A stretch of 44,685 nucleotides of DNA from Lentisphaeria bacterium (GCA_041623325.1 JBFJXC010000002.1:1-44685), one strand, 5' to 3'; counted from the stretch's first letter, positions 26,020 to 35,482 are shown. Translations and numbers: made by a program. Notes: generated from the sequence alone by a model not told the origin.

Positions 26020-28884
26020 ATGCCCCCGACCCGCCATTTTCTGGGCTGGCACCAGCCCATCCTAAAGCTAGGCACTGACCATCTCACCGGTGGCTGGGAA
26101 GGCGGCCCGCTGGACCTGAGCGACCTTCTGGTGGTGGTTCCGACCCGCCAAAGCGCCCGCCGCTTGCGGGAGCAGCTGGCCGCGATCGCGGCCAAACGGC
26201 AAACGGGAGTTTTGCCTCCCCTGACCGTCCCCCCCGAATACTTCATCGCCAGCAGCGGGGTTTCACCCATCTCGCGGGCCGAAAGCCTCGTCCTGATGGC
26301 CGATGTCCTGCTGAAACTGGAACCCCGGCGCCTGCCCAATCTCTTTCCCGCACAGGTGCAAACCGCCTCTGCCGACCTCCACTGGGCCCTGGGTGCGGCC
26401 GAACAACTTTGCGACCTCAGAACCCTGCTGGCGGAAACCTCTCTGAGCATCTCGGATGCCGCTGCCCGGCTGGCCGAAGCCTTTGCGGATTCGGACCGCC
26501 ACGGTCCCGACCGCTGGCAGGAGATGGAGATGGTCGAGACGCACTATCTGGATAGACTGGAGAAACTGGGTCTGAACGATGCCACATTGCTCCGGCAACA
26601 AGCACCCCAGGCCTTCACTCTGCCGGCGGGTATCCGCCGAATTCTGCTAATCGGAGTGCCCGACCCCACCCCCTTGGCCATCGCCATCCTGGAAAACCTG
26701 GCCGAAACGGTCCCAGTGGAGGTCTGCATCCACGCCCCGCAGGACCTTGAGGACTGCTTCGACGACTGGGGCAGACCCAACGAAGACTCGTGGACAGGCC
26801 GCCCAATCCAGATCCGCGACGAGCACGTCGTTCTGGTTCCCAAGCCCCAGGATCAGGCCCGGCAGGTCGTCAAGCTTCTGGATGCCGGCCTTCCCGTCGG
26901 CGACTTGGCCGTCGGCGTCCCGGATGAGGAGGTAACCCCGCATCTGGAGCGCGAGCTAAACCAGCGGGCCCTCAAGGCCTTCAATCCGGCCGGAAGGCCG
27001 GTCGCCGGACATGCCTTTTTCCACCTCCTCACGCAAATCGGCCGACTTCTGGCCACGGACTCCTACGAGGCCGCCAGCGCCCTGCTGCGCAATCCGGATC
27101 TGCTGGACTACCTGACGGCCAAACAAACCAACGCCACCCTCGACACGGCCCGCCTGCTGCGCCAACTGGACAAGCTCCAGAATGCGCACCTGCCGCCCAC
27201 CTTTGCGGCGTTGCGCCGGTGGAGCCAACAAGCCAGCAAGGACGGCCGAATGACCGAGCTGGCCGCAGCCGTTGCCGAACTCGACCAGCTTCTTCGACCT
27301 CTGAACGCTCCCGGTTTTGTCAAGAGCATCTTTCAAACCCTGGAGACAATTTACGCCAACCGCACCCTGAACCCTTCAGTCGAACGGGACCGGGATTTCG
27401 TCCAGGTCGCCACCGCCCTTTGCGAGCCGCTCTTCCAGCTGGACAGCCCTCTGATCGAATCCATCGTCGATTCGGCCGCAGCGCGTGCCGATCTCATGAT
27501 CCGCCTGCTGGGCAGAGTCCGCATCTACCCAGAACAGACCGGAAACCATCCGGACATCGACCTGGAAGGCTGGCTGGAGCTGCACTGGAACGACGCCCCT
27601 CATCTGATCCTGACCGGGTTCAACGAGGGCCGGATACCCGATTCGGTGGTCGGCCACCCCTTTTTGCCGGATTTGGCCCGCCGGGCCTTGGGTCTGAGCC
27701 ACAACAGCCGCCGCCTGGCCAGAGACGCCTACCTGCTGTCGGCCATGCTCGCCTCCCGCAACCACGAAGGCAGCCTCTGCCGCATTGTCCTCGGCAAGAC
27801 CTCGGCGCGAAACGACGTCATCAAGCCCTCCCGCCTGCTCTTTTTCTGCCCGGACGATATTCTGGCCGAGCGGGTGCAGCGGCTTTTTGGAGAGGTTCAC
27901 CAAACCGCCGACACCCCGCCGTGGAATCGCGCCTGGAAACTCTGCCCCCAGGCGCGACCAGCGCCGGACCACCTGTCGGTCACCGCTTTCCGAGACTACC
28001 TGCAGTGCCCATTCCGCTTCTACCTCAAACGGGTGCTGGGCATGACCCCCCTCAACGACCGGAAAGCCGAACTGGACAGCATGGACTTTGGCAATATCTG
28101 CCACCAGGCCCTGGAGCAATTCGCCAAGGATCAGTCCATCCGCAACTCAGCCGACACCGCGGAAATCGCCGACTACCTGAGCGCCCAGGCCGATATGCTG
28201 GCACGCACCACCTTTGGCCCAGCCATTCCCACCGCCGTCTTTATCCAGCTGGAATCCGTCAAGCAGCGTCTGCGGGCCGCGGCCAGGGTACAGGCCGATC
28301 TGCGCGCCCAGGGCTGGCAGATTCTCCACGCGGAGTACAAGCTGGGCGACGGCCACGGAGTGGACTTTCACGGCATCAGGCTCAAGGGGGTGGTCGACCG
28401 GATCGACCGCCACGCCAATGGCCTGGTCCGCATCCTGGACTACAAGACATTCGACACCCCGAAGTCCCCCCAGGACACCCACTTGGCCTCTTTACCCACA
28501 GCCCTGGCCGACCAGTTCCCCGCCGGACACTGGGCCCGGTGGGATCTGACCAACAGCAAGGGCAAGACCAAGCCCATGCTCTGGCGGGACTTGCAGCTAC
28601 CCCTTTACCTGACCCTGCTGCGGGACCGCTTCGGACCGGAGATCCAATGCGGCTATTTCGTCCTGCCCAAGGCGGTCTCCGACACCAAAATCGATCTCTG
28701 GCAGCCCCTTCCCTGGGACCTGATCCAGGCCTGCGAAACCTGCGCGGCCGGCGTCATCCAGGCCATCGCCTCAGGAGTCTTCTGGCCACCGTCCGAATCC
28801 GTGCACTTCGACGATTTCGAATCCCTCTTTTTCCATGGCGCGGCCGACAGCGTAGATAGTTCTTTTGTAAATGGTGAACCGTGA
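26020..28884 (+). CDS. addB: AddB-like protein: inactive helicase fold plus C-terminal PD-(D/E)XK nuclease
   Basis: VVVPTRQSARRL, GFNEGRIP, PSRLL, LSVTAFRDYLQCPFRFY, GVVDRID...ILDYKT and DLQLPLY. Confidence 0.8.
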   Translation: MPPTRHFLGWHQPILKLGTDHLTGGWEGGPLDLSDLLVVVPTRQSARRLREQLAAIAAKRQTGVLPPLTVPPEYFIASSGVSPISRAESLVLMADVLLKLEPRRLPNLFPAQVQTASADLHWALGAAEQLCDLRTLLAETSLSISDAAARLAEAFADSDRHGPDRWQEMEMVETHYLDRLEKLGLNDATLLRQQAPQAFTLPAGIRRILLIGVPDPTPLAIAILENLAETVPVEVCIHAPQDLEDCFDDWGRPNEDSWTGRPIQIRDEHVVLVPKPQDQARQVVKLLDAGLPVGDLAVGVPDEEVTPHLERELNQRALKAFNPAGRPVAGHAFFHLLTQIGRLLATDSYEAASALLRNPDLLDYLTAKQTNATLDTARLLRQLDKLQNAHLPPTFAALRRWSQQASKDGRMTELAAAVAELDQLLRPLNAPGFVKSIFQTLETIYANRTLNPSVERDRDFVQVATALCEPLFQLDSPLIESIVDSAAARADLMIRLLGRVRIYPEQTGNHPDIDLEGWLELHWNDAPHLILTGFNEGRIPDSVVGHPFLPDLARRALGLSHNSRRLARDAYLLSAMLASRNHEGSLCRIVLGKTSARNDVIKPSRLLFFCPDDILAERVQRLFGEVHQTADTPPWNRAWKLCPQARPAPDHLSVTAFRDYLQCPFRFYLKRVLGMTPLNDRKAELDSMDFGNICHQALEQFAKDQSIRNSADTAEIADYLSAQADMLARTTFGPAIPTAVFIQLESVKQRLRAAARVQADLRAQGWQILHAEYKLGDGHGVDFHGIRLKGVVDRIDRHANGLVRILDYKTFDTPKSPQDTHLASLPTALADQFPAGHWARWDLTNSKGKTKPMLWRDLQLPLYLTLLRDRFGPEIQCGYFVLPKAVSDTKIDLWQPLPWDLIQACETCAAGVIQAIASGVFWPPSESVHFDDFESLFFHGAADSVDSSFVNGEP

Positions 28885-28924
28885 TGGGAGAGGAGAGTCT
28901 CATACACGGCGGACAAGCACGGCC

Positions 28925-28949
28925 GACAACGGATAACGGACAACGGACC
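28925..28949 (+). repeat. Heptamer tandem repeat (GACAACG)x3, one copy imperfect
   Basis: gacaacg gataacg gacaacg gac, just before the addA ATG. Confidence 0.7.
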
Positions 28950-28951
28950 AC

Positions 28952-31900
28952 ATGCCAAATCAGCACGAAATGATTGCAGCCTCGGCAGGATCGGGCAAAA
29001 CCTTTGCCCTGGCCAGCCGCCTGATCAGGCTAATCGCGCGCGACCGTCGCCCCCAGCGGATCATTGCCCTGACCTTCAGCCGCGCCGCCGCCGGAGAGAT
29101 CTTCGACAAACTGGTCACCCGCCTGGCCGCCGCCGCCCAGAGCCCGCAAAACGCCCGAAAGGAGGCGGTGGCCAATCTGCAGATGCCGGACCTGACCCAA
29201 GGGGATTTCAAGCAGATTCTGCGCGACGTGATCACTAGCATGCACCTGAGCCCCATCGGCACCCTGGACTCCTTCTTTGTCAGGATTCTGAAGGCCTTCC
29301 CTTTCGAATTCGGCATTACCGGCTCGTTTGCCATTCTCGACGACCACGCCCTCAAAATCGAACGCGACCGCCTCTTCCGCGACGTGCTCCAAACCGGCCA
29401 CGACGACCCATCCCGGCTTCACTTCCTGGAGGCTTTCAAGCGCGCCACCTTCGGCACTCAGCTGAAAAGTGTCTGGACTAGCCTGGATGCCTTCACCAAG
29501 CAAACCCACTACCATTACCTGGAGGCCCCCGACCCAAGCCTCTGGGGAAGACCTGAAGCCATCTGGCCGGACGGCTGCCCATGGCTGGACGGCACCCCTG
29601 CGGACGCGACGGCCGAAGCCGAAGCCCTGCGAAACGTGATCAGGGGAGGCGACTACAACCCGTCCAACCAAACGTTCGACCCCTATCCGGACGATGTGCG
29701 CCAACGCTGGGAAACCTTCATCCGCCTGGCCGAATCCTTCACCCCCCAGTCAGCCGCCACCCTCTCCAACCTGAGCAGCGCGGACAGCTATCTGCTGGAT
29801 CGTCTGCTGACCATCGTCCCCGACCTGCAAGCGGGCCAGGCCTTCCTCAAGATCGGCCGCTTCGAACTTTTCCTGGGACCGGACTTCTGCCAGCATGCCT
29901 ACGCGCTGCTCCGACACATCGTTCGCTGCATCCTGGAGACCAAATTCGAGAGCACCCAGGGCCTCTACGAGATTCTGCACCGCTACGAAACGGCCTATGC
30001 CAAACGCCTGCGCCAAGCCGGAAAACTGACCTTTTCGGACGTGACCGTGCTGCTGGCCAATGCGGGGGACGACGACGGCCCCATGCTCACCCTCAACCCC
30101 AGCGCGGCCGTCAACCGCCTGGATATCGACTACCGCCTGGACGGCCAGTTCGACCACTGGGCCCTGGACGAATTCCAGGACACCTCGCGCCGGCAGTGGC
30201 AAGTGGTCCGCAATCTCATTGACGAAGTCGTCCAGGACACCTCCGAAACCCGCTCGTTCTTCGCGGTCGGCGATGTCAAACAGGCCATCTACGGCTGGCG
30301 CGGCGGGGATTCCTCCCTGATGGGAGAAATTCTGGAGGAATACAACCAGGAGTCGGACGGCCCCATCGCCACCAGCACCCTCAGCCTTTCATGGCGCTCC
30401 AGCCAGCGGGTTCTCGACGCCGTCAACGGTGTCTTCGCCAGCCTCGACCGCATCCCCGACCTCCCCGAAGCCGTGCGCGAACGCTGGAGGGACAAGACCG
30501 TCTGGCACCCCCACCAGGCCGCCTTGGACAAGCCAGGCTATGCCACCCTGCTGGAGGTGCCCTACGAAAAAGGCGCCAGCGCCGCGGAGGCCAAGGAAAA
30601 GCGCTACCGGGCAATGGTCTCCCAACTCCAGAGGACGCGCCCCTGGCAGCATGGTCTGTCCACGGCAGTCCTCGTTCGGGGCAACAAGACCGGACGCGAA
30701 GTGGCCGACTACCTACGGCAGCACGGCATCCCGGTGGCATGGGACGGCGACCTGGCCATCGCGGACAACCCGGTCGTGGCCGCCTTTCTCTCCCTGCTGA
30801 ATTTCGCCGAACACCCCGGTGACACCTTCGCCTGGCAGCACCTGCAGATGACGCCGTTGAGGACCTATCTGCCCGGGACCGGCACCCAGGCCAAAAGTCG
30901 AACCTGCCGGGATCTGTTGCGCCTCCTTTATGCCGGAGGCTTCGAGGCCGTCATCCAAACCTGGTGGCAAAAGGTTCAGTCATCCTGCCAAGACGATCCC
31001 TTCACCAACAAACGCATGGACGAACTGCTCGAGGCCGCCCGTGTTTTCGATGCGGACGGCAATCGCAACGGCCTGGACTTTGTGGAATTCGTCAAGTCCT
31101 ACACCGTCCGGGAGCACCCCTCCGACCGCCTCGTCCGGGTCATGACCATGCACCACAGCAAGGGCCTCGGCTTCGATGTCGTCATCCTGCCCGAACTGCA
31201 ACCAGCAAACGGAAGCGGCATGACCAGCCTGGGGCAGCTGGGCGTCAGCATCGACTTGCCTCGGCACGGACGGCAAGCCAATTGGGTGCTGGACATGCCC
31301 CAGACGAAGGTTGTCCAGGCCGATCCGGTGCTCAACGACCATCTGCAGCGCCGACAGGAATCCGCCTGCTTCGAGGAACTCTGCCTGCTCTACGTGGCCA
31401 TGACCCGCGCCAAGCACGCCCTCTACATGATTGCCTCCCAGCCCGGCCCTTCCTCGAAATCCATCCACATGGCCACTGTGCTCAGCGCCTGCCTGGCAAC
31501 CGCTGCCGCGCCCCGCCAACAGGATGGGGCCGCCGTACTCTACGAAGACGGCAAGCCGGACTGGATCCGGACCATGCCCCCCCCGCAAGAAACATCACCG
31601 GAGGTGTCCTCCCCCTGGCTGACCGTCCCTGTCGAAACCGCCCTGCCCCGGCGGCAGCGCTTCCGGAGGCGTCTGCCCTCCGCCCACGCCGAGAGCGGAG
31701 TGAACGCGGCCAGCCTCTTCGCGGCCAAATCCCGCCGCCGCCTTGAATTCGGCAGCGCCCTCCACGCCCTATTCGAGCAAACCGAATGGGCCGACTCCGA
31801 GCCGCCCGAAGCCGTCATCCAACGCTGGCGCAAAACAATCTGCCTGCACCCGAGTGTAGCCGACGCGGTCGAACTGGCCTACCGGCAGGCATTGGCCTTT

Positions 31901-32248
31901 CCCCAAGTCCGGAGCGCCCTCCTCAGGCCCGACACCCCAACCCCCATCCTCTGGCGGGAAAAGCGCTTCGAAATGATTCTGGACGAGGAATGGATCTCGG
32001 GCACCATCGACCGCGCCGTCATCTGTCTGGACCCCGATGGCAAACCCGCATCCGCCAGCATCCTCGACTTCAAGAGCGACCGCGTCCAATCCCCTGACCA
32101 AACCGCCCAGGCCGCGCAGCGCTACGCCCCCCAGCTGCACCTCTACCGCCGCGTTCTCTCCCGCCTCACCGGCCTGCCCACGGACCGCATCGCCGCCGAT
32201 CTCCTCTTCACCAGCACCGGTCAGGTCGTCCGGTCAGCATTGCCATAG
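28952..32248 (+). CDS. addA: AddA/RecB-like UvrD helicase-nuclease
   Basis: ASAGSGKT, TFSRAAA, DEFQDTS, VGDVKQAIYGWRG, MTMHHSKGL, YVAMTRA and the nuclease motif GTIDR...ILDFKSD...QLHLY. Confidence 0.9.
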   Translation: MPNQHEMIAASAGSGKTFALASRLIRLIARDRRPQRIIALTFSRAAAGEIFDKLVTRLAAAAQSPQNARKEAVANLQMPDLTQGDFKQILRDVITSMHLSPIGTLDSFFVRILKAFPFEFGITGSFAILDDHALKIERDRLFRDVLQTGHDDPSRLHFLEAFKRATFGTQLKSVWTSLDAFTKQTHYHYLEAPDPSLWGRPEAIWPDGCPWLDGTPADATAEAEALRNVIRGGDYNPSNQTFDPYPDDVRQRWETFIRLAESFTPQSAATLSNLSSADSYLLDRLLTIVPDLQAGQAFLKIGRFELFLGPDFCQHAYALLRHIVRCILETKFESTQGLYEILHRYETAYAKRLRQAGKLTFSDVTVLLANAGDDDGPMLTLNPSAAVNRLDIDYRLDGQFDHWALDEFQDTSRRQWQVVRNLIDEVVQDTSETRSFFAVGDVKQAIYGWRGGDSSLMGEILEEYNQESDGPIATSTLSLSWRSSQRVLDAVNGVFASLDRIPDLPEAVRERWRDKTVWHPHQAALDKPGYATLLEVPYEKGASAAEAKEKRYRAMVSQLQRTRPWQHGLSTAVLVRGNKTGREVADYLRQHGIPVAWDGDLAIADNPVVAAFLSLLNFAEHPGDTFAWQHLQMTPLRTYLPGTGTQAKSRTCRDLLRLLYAGGFEAVIQTWWQKVQSSCQDDPFTNKRMDELLEAARVFDADGNRNGLDFVEFVKSYTVREHPSDRLVRVMTMHHSKGLGFDVVILPELQPANGSGMTSLGQLGVSIDLPRHGRQANWVLDMPQTKVVQADPVLNDHLQRRQESACFEELCLLYVAMTRAKHALYMIASQPGPSSKSIHMATVLSACLATAAAPRQQDGAAVLYEDGKPDWIRTMPPPQETSPEVSSPWLTVPVETALPRRQRFRRRLPSAHAESGVNAASLFAAKSRRRLEFGSALHALFEQTEWADSEPPEAVIQRWRKTICLHPSVADAVELAYRQALAFPQVRSALLRPDTPTPILWREKRFEMILDEEWISGTIDRAVICLDPDGKPASASILDFKSDRVQSPDQTAQAAQRYAPQLHLYRRVLSRLTGLPTDRIAADLLFTSTGQVVRSALP

Positions 32249-32371
32249 TTATGGCCTTGGCAGCATTCATGACGCTGCCGCCGCCCGTAACCAACAGGGC
32301 CTTCCGACCTTTCTCGCTGGTGACTTCACCAAGACGCGACAACACACCCACACCAAAGATAAGATGAGTGG
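32249..32371 (-). pseudogene. Relic of an iron-containing alcohol dehydrogenase gene
   Basis: Translates as THLIFGVGVLSRLGEVTSEKGRKALLVTGGGSVMNAAKAI. This is the Fe-ADH N-terminus joined directly to the later GGGSxxDxAK motif; there is no start codon and no rest of the gene. Confidence 0.65.
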
Positions 32372-33967
32372 TCACAGCACCGTAAAGTTCGCGAAGACGA
32401 CGTAGATCAGGAATACGGTCGCCACCAGCCCCCCCCCGCATAGCTTCGCATATTTCCAGGGAGTCATATCGACCGCCTTCACGTCTTTCTGCACGAATTC
32501 ATACTCAAGCGGCCTGATCTCGCCAACAATCAGCATCAGGATTACCAGATAAGAGAACACAAGCCCCAGAAAGTGGTAGTCGTGCATGGACGCGACGACC
32601 CGATCGAACGGCGGAACAAAGTATCCAACCGCGATCACGAGAAAGCCGGCAATGAGTCCGACCTTGGCCGCAACAGGAGGCACCCTCTTGGAGAGCATGC
32701 CGGTCAGGACCACGGCGAAAATGGGAATGAAGTACAAGCCGTTCATCTTCTGGAGATATGAAAAAATACTGGTGGTCTGGGCCAGAAGGGGTGCGATACA
32801 CATCGCCGCTCCAGCCACGATCCAGCCGAAGACCTTCCCTGACCGGACAACCTGCTCTTCGGACGCCTCCTTCTTGAGAACGCTCTTGTAAAGGCCAAGA
32901 CTGAAGAGGGTGCAGGAGCTGTTCAAGGCCGAGTTGAAACTTGACAGGATGGCGCCGATCATGGCGGCCGCGAAGAAACCAGTCAAAGGAGGTGGCAATA
33001 CCGTGTTCACCAGTTTCCCGTAGGCATGATCCGCCTTGATGCCTTCGTGGGCGAACAAGCCGAACGCAATAATGCCGGGAAGCACCAGATACATCGGACC
33101 AATAAGCTTGAGGGCTCCGGTCAGCAACACCCCCTTCTGCCCTTCGGCCAGACTGCTCGCCCCGAAGGTCCGCTGAATGATCTGCTGATTGGTCGTCCAG
33201 TAAAAAAGATTCAAGAGCAGAATGCCGGAGAAGACCGTTCCGAACGGCACCGAAGAGGCCGCCCCTCCAACCGAGTTGAACGTTCCCTCTGGAAGTTCGG
33301 CCAGTTTGCCGATCCCGGACATGAAACCGTCCCCTCCCAATGCGGACAGACCGAAGTAAGTGATCATGAAGCCGCCGGTGAGCAACCCGACCCCGTTCAG
33401 CGTATCGGATACGGCAACGGTCCGCAGCCCCCCGAACAATGCGTAGATGGATCCCACCATGCCCACCACCCAAACGATCAGCCAGAGAGCTGCTGCATCA
33501 GACTGGATGCCAAGAATGGCTTTGACATCCAAGATGCCGATCATTCCGGTCGCCCCTGTGTAAAGAATAATCGGCAAAAGGATACCGACATAGGCAATCA
33601 GGAAGATCAGATTGGTAATCACCTGGGTCTGGTGGTCGAACCGTATCTCCAGATATTGGGGCACAGTCGCCACCCCGCTCTTCAGGAAGCGCGGCAAAAA
33701 GAAAAGAGCCATGGCCACCAGGGCCACCACGGCAACGACTTCCCACACCATCACGCACAAGCCATCCTTAAAAGCAGAACCGTTCAGGCCCACCATTTGC
33801 TCGGTGGATAGGTTGGTTAGCAGCAACGACCCCGCAATCAGGGGGAAAGTCAAGCTGCGCCCGCCCAGGAAGTAGCCGCTGGAGGTATGATGGTCATCCT
33901 TGCGCGTGATGACATACGTCAGAACAGCCACCAAACCCGTGAAAAACAGAAACGATAGAATGGTCAT
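32372..33967 (-). CDS. Sodium:solute symporter family sugar transporter (YidK-like)
   Basis: GYFLGGRSL, SLLLTNLSTEQMVGLNG, FGGLRTVAVSD, YWTTNQQIIQR and ILSSFNSALNS. ATG 33967 follows a purine-rich SD. Confidence 0.93.
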   Translation of the reverse strand: MTILSFLFFTGLVAVLTYVITRKDDHHTSSGYFLGGRSLTFPLIAGSLLLTNLSTEQMVGLNGSAFKDGLCVMVWEVVAVVALVAMALFFLPRFLKSGVATVPQYLEIRFDHQTQVITNLIFLIAYVGILLPIILYTGATGMIGILDVKAILGIQSDAAALWLIVWVVGMVGSIYALFGGLRTVAVSDTLNGVGLLTGGFMITYFGLSALGGDGFMSGIGKLAELPEGTFNSVGGAASSVPFGTVFSGILLLNLFYWTTNQQIIQRTFGASSLAEGQKGVLLTGALKLIGPMYLVLPGIIAFGLFAHEGIKADHAYGKLVNTVLPPPLTGFFAAAMIGAILSSFNSALNSSCTLFSLGLYKSVLKKEASEEQVVRSGKVFGWIVAGAAMCIAPLLAQTTSIFSYLQKMNGLYFIPIFAVVLTGMLSKRVPPVAAKVGLIAGFLVIAVGYFVPPFDRVVASMHDYHFLGLVFSYLVILMLIVGEIRPLEYEFVQKDVKAVDMTPWKYAKLCGGGLVATVFLIYVVFANFTVL

Positions 33968-34158
33968 GGCCCCTTTCCTCCATCCAAACCAGGGTTGCTC
34001 TCTGCCCTGTGTAACAATACCACGGCCCTCCGCTTGTTCCGAATTCTCGCCAATACCGGCCACCGTGATGCCAGCCATGGCTGTCCTCACCGCCACAGAT
34101 GCTTGGTGTCAGCTGGATGCCTTCAAAACCGAGGACGGGGCGACTTTCAGGCGGGATG

Positions 34159-34242
34159 TTATGGGGCCAGCATCTGAATGATCGCGCCGGGTGTCAAACG
34201 GACGATCAGGAAGATGATGGTCAGCTCTTGGTAACCCGGCAT
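34159..34242 (-). pseudogene. Probable tatA relic
   Basis: MPGYQELTIIFLIVRLTPGA resembles the TatA N-terminus (MPGxxELxIIxLIVLLLFGA) but stops after 27 codons. Confidence 0.45.
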
Positions 34243-34289
34243 GGCAGGACTCGTTGTTCTGGGTTGTGGGTAAGCTGGGACCCTCCCGC

Positions 34290-34540
34290 TTCGCCGGTTC
34301 TTCCTTTCCAGTATTCTTCCCAAAAGGATGCTGGCCTCGCGGAGAGCAATCATAGGCACGGCGAGACATACCATACTGAAAGGAGCATGGGCGCTGCTTC
34401 CGCCCAGAACAAACGGAAGAGCGGCAAAGAGGAGGAAGTTCCGGCGCGAAGCAACACTCCCTCTCGTCTCTCGTTCCTCGCTGCAAGGAACGAAACGAGC
34501 CCGAATGTGATAATCGCCACGGCCACTCAGACTTCACTCT
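34290..34540 (-). pseudogene. Probable relic of the tatC 3' end
   Basis: RRNFLLFAALPFVLGG...PFSMVCLAVPMIALREASILLGRILERK resembles the TatC C-terminus. An upstream piece in another frame (EV*VAVAIITFGLVSF...RR) carries an in-frame stop. Confidence 0.5.
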
Positions 34541-34561
34541 CGATCCAGAGCCTGCTCCCCC

Positions 34562-34939
34562 TCAAACTTCGACGATGGCGCAGGACTTGTCCGACTCCCA
34601 GACCATGACGCGGCTGACCAAGAGGCGTTCGTCCAGCTTCCGCATCATGCGGTCGGCCTCGGTGAGAATGTAGAGGGCGATGTTCTCGGCGGTGGGGTTT
34701 AGGTGGTCGAAGGGAGGGATGGTGTTGACGTCCTGGTGGTCCAGGGTGTCGGCGATCTCGTTGATCACCTGATCCAAGGTTTTGAAATCGACCACAAAGC
34801 CGTCCCCGTCCAGACAGTCGGCCGAGACGAACACCCGAACCCGCCAGTTGTGGCCGTGCACGTTCTCGCATTTGCCGCGGTAGTTGCGCAGATGGTGGGC
34901 GGCGGAAAAGAAAGTCTCGCGATAGACCGAATATTTCAT
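34562..34939 (-). CDS. queD: 6-carboxy-5,6,7,8-tetrahydropterin synthase
   Basis: FSAAHHL, CENVHGHNW, VVDF, LDH, NPTAENIA and VWES. Confidence 0.95.
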   Translation of the reverse strand: MKYSVYRETFFSAAHHLRNYRGKCENVHGHNWRVRVFVSADCLDGDGFVVDFKTLDQVINEIADTLDHQDVNTIPPFDHLNPTAENIALYILTEADRMMRKLDERLLVSRVMVWESDKSCAIVEV

Positions 34940-34973
34940 GGCGGACCTCGATCGCATGGTGGAATGGCGGGAA

Positions 34974-35050
34974 TGGTGGGCCCGGCAGGACTTGAACCCG
35001 CGACCGGACGATTATGAGTCGTCTGCTCTAACCGACTGAGCTACAGGCCC
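34974..35050 (-). tRNA. tRNA with CAT anticodon, probably tRNA-Ile2 (lysidine)
   Basis: 77-nt cloverleaf GGGCCTGTAGCTCAG...GACGA-CTCATAA-TCGTC...GGTTCAAGTCC...GGGCCCACCA. It has a G1-C72 pair and lacks the initiator GGG/CCC anticodon stem. Confidence 0.92.
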
Positions 35051-35069
35051 ACACAAAGGCAAGGGGTGT

Positions 35070-35097
35070 AGTATGCCATCCACAGGGTGATTTTCAA
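35070..35097 (-). promoter_or_regulatory. Putative promoter of the tRNA(CAT)-queD unit
   Basis: TTGAAA-N16-CATACT with a TGn extension, 20 bp upstream of the tRNA. Confidence 0.55.
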
Positions 35098-35118
35098 GGC
35101 TGGAGACGCCTTGAAAGT

Positions 35119-35412
35119 GTGAATAGCGATTGGTGAATTGTGGTGTCGGGTTTCGGTCATTCGTGATCGACCTGGTGAGAGGTGCCGGATTTTTCGGTCC
35201 TGATCGTCCTCCTAAGGCGGATAATCGGTTTCCAGGTGTAAACGTTTAACCCGGACATGACCAACCAGGTTTCGGATACCTGAACACTGAAACTAGAAAC
35301 CAAAGCATTCGATCACGAGCGCGGCTAGCTCTGCTAGTCCCGCTAAGCGGGAAGCGCGATCACAACCTGAACCACTGAACCCTGAAACCCGAACCCACCA
35401 TTCACCATTCAC
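35119..35412. repeat. Nested imperfect inverted repeats built from short tandem motifs, between the divergent tRNAs
   Basis: 35132-35156 matches the reverse complement of 35382-35406 at 21 of 25 positions. TCGTGATCGA (35161) pairs perfectly with TCGATCACGA (35309). Confidence 0.55.
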
Positions 35413-35482
35413 AAAAGCCCATCATGCACTGGCAGGCGGCGGTTGGGCCGCCATATTATCGGTCCCGTGTTTCGGCACCACT

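Noticed and set aside
27219-28859. 546-aa alternative-frame ORF inside addB
   Set aside because: Its Arg/Pro/Gly-rich composition is typical of off-frame GC-rich sequence.
26020-32248. Helicase-nuclease pair as a novel defence system
   Set aside because: Gene order, sizes and motifs match housekeeping AddAB recombination enzymes.
33968-34096. N-terminal extensions in the ORF track (SSS, and likewise hydB, beta-CASP, SGNH, yajC and the LolA-like gene)
   Set aside because: Downstream starts have better SD sequences or match the family N-termini, so starts were trimmed.
34974-35050. Initiator or elongator tRNA-Met call for the CAT tRNA
   Set aside because: It lacks the C1:A72 mismatch and the three G-C anticodon-stem pairs of initiator tRNA. 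The GGGCCTG acceptor stem fits Ile2 better, though elongator Met is not fully excluded.
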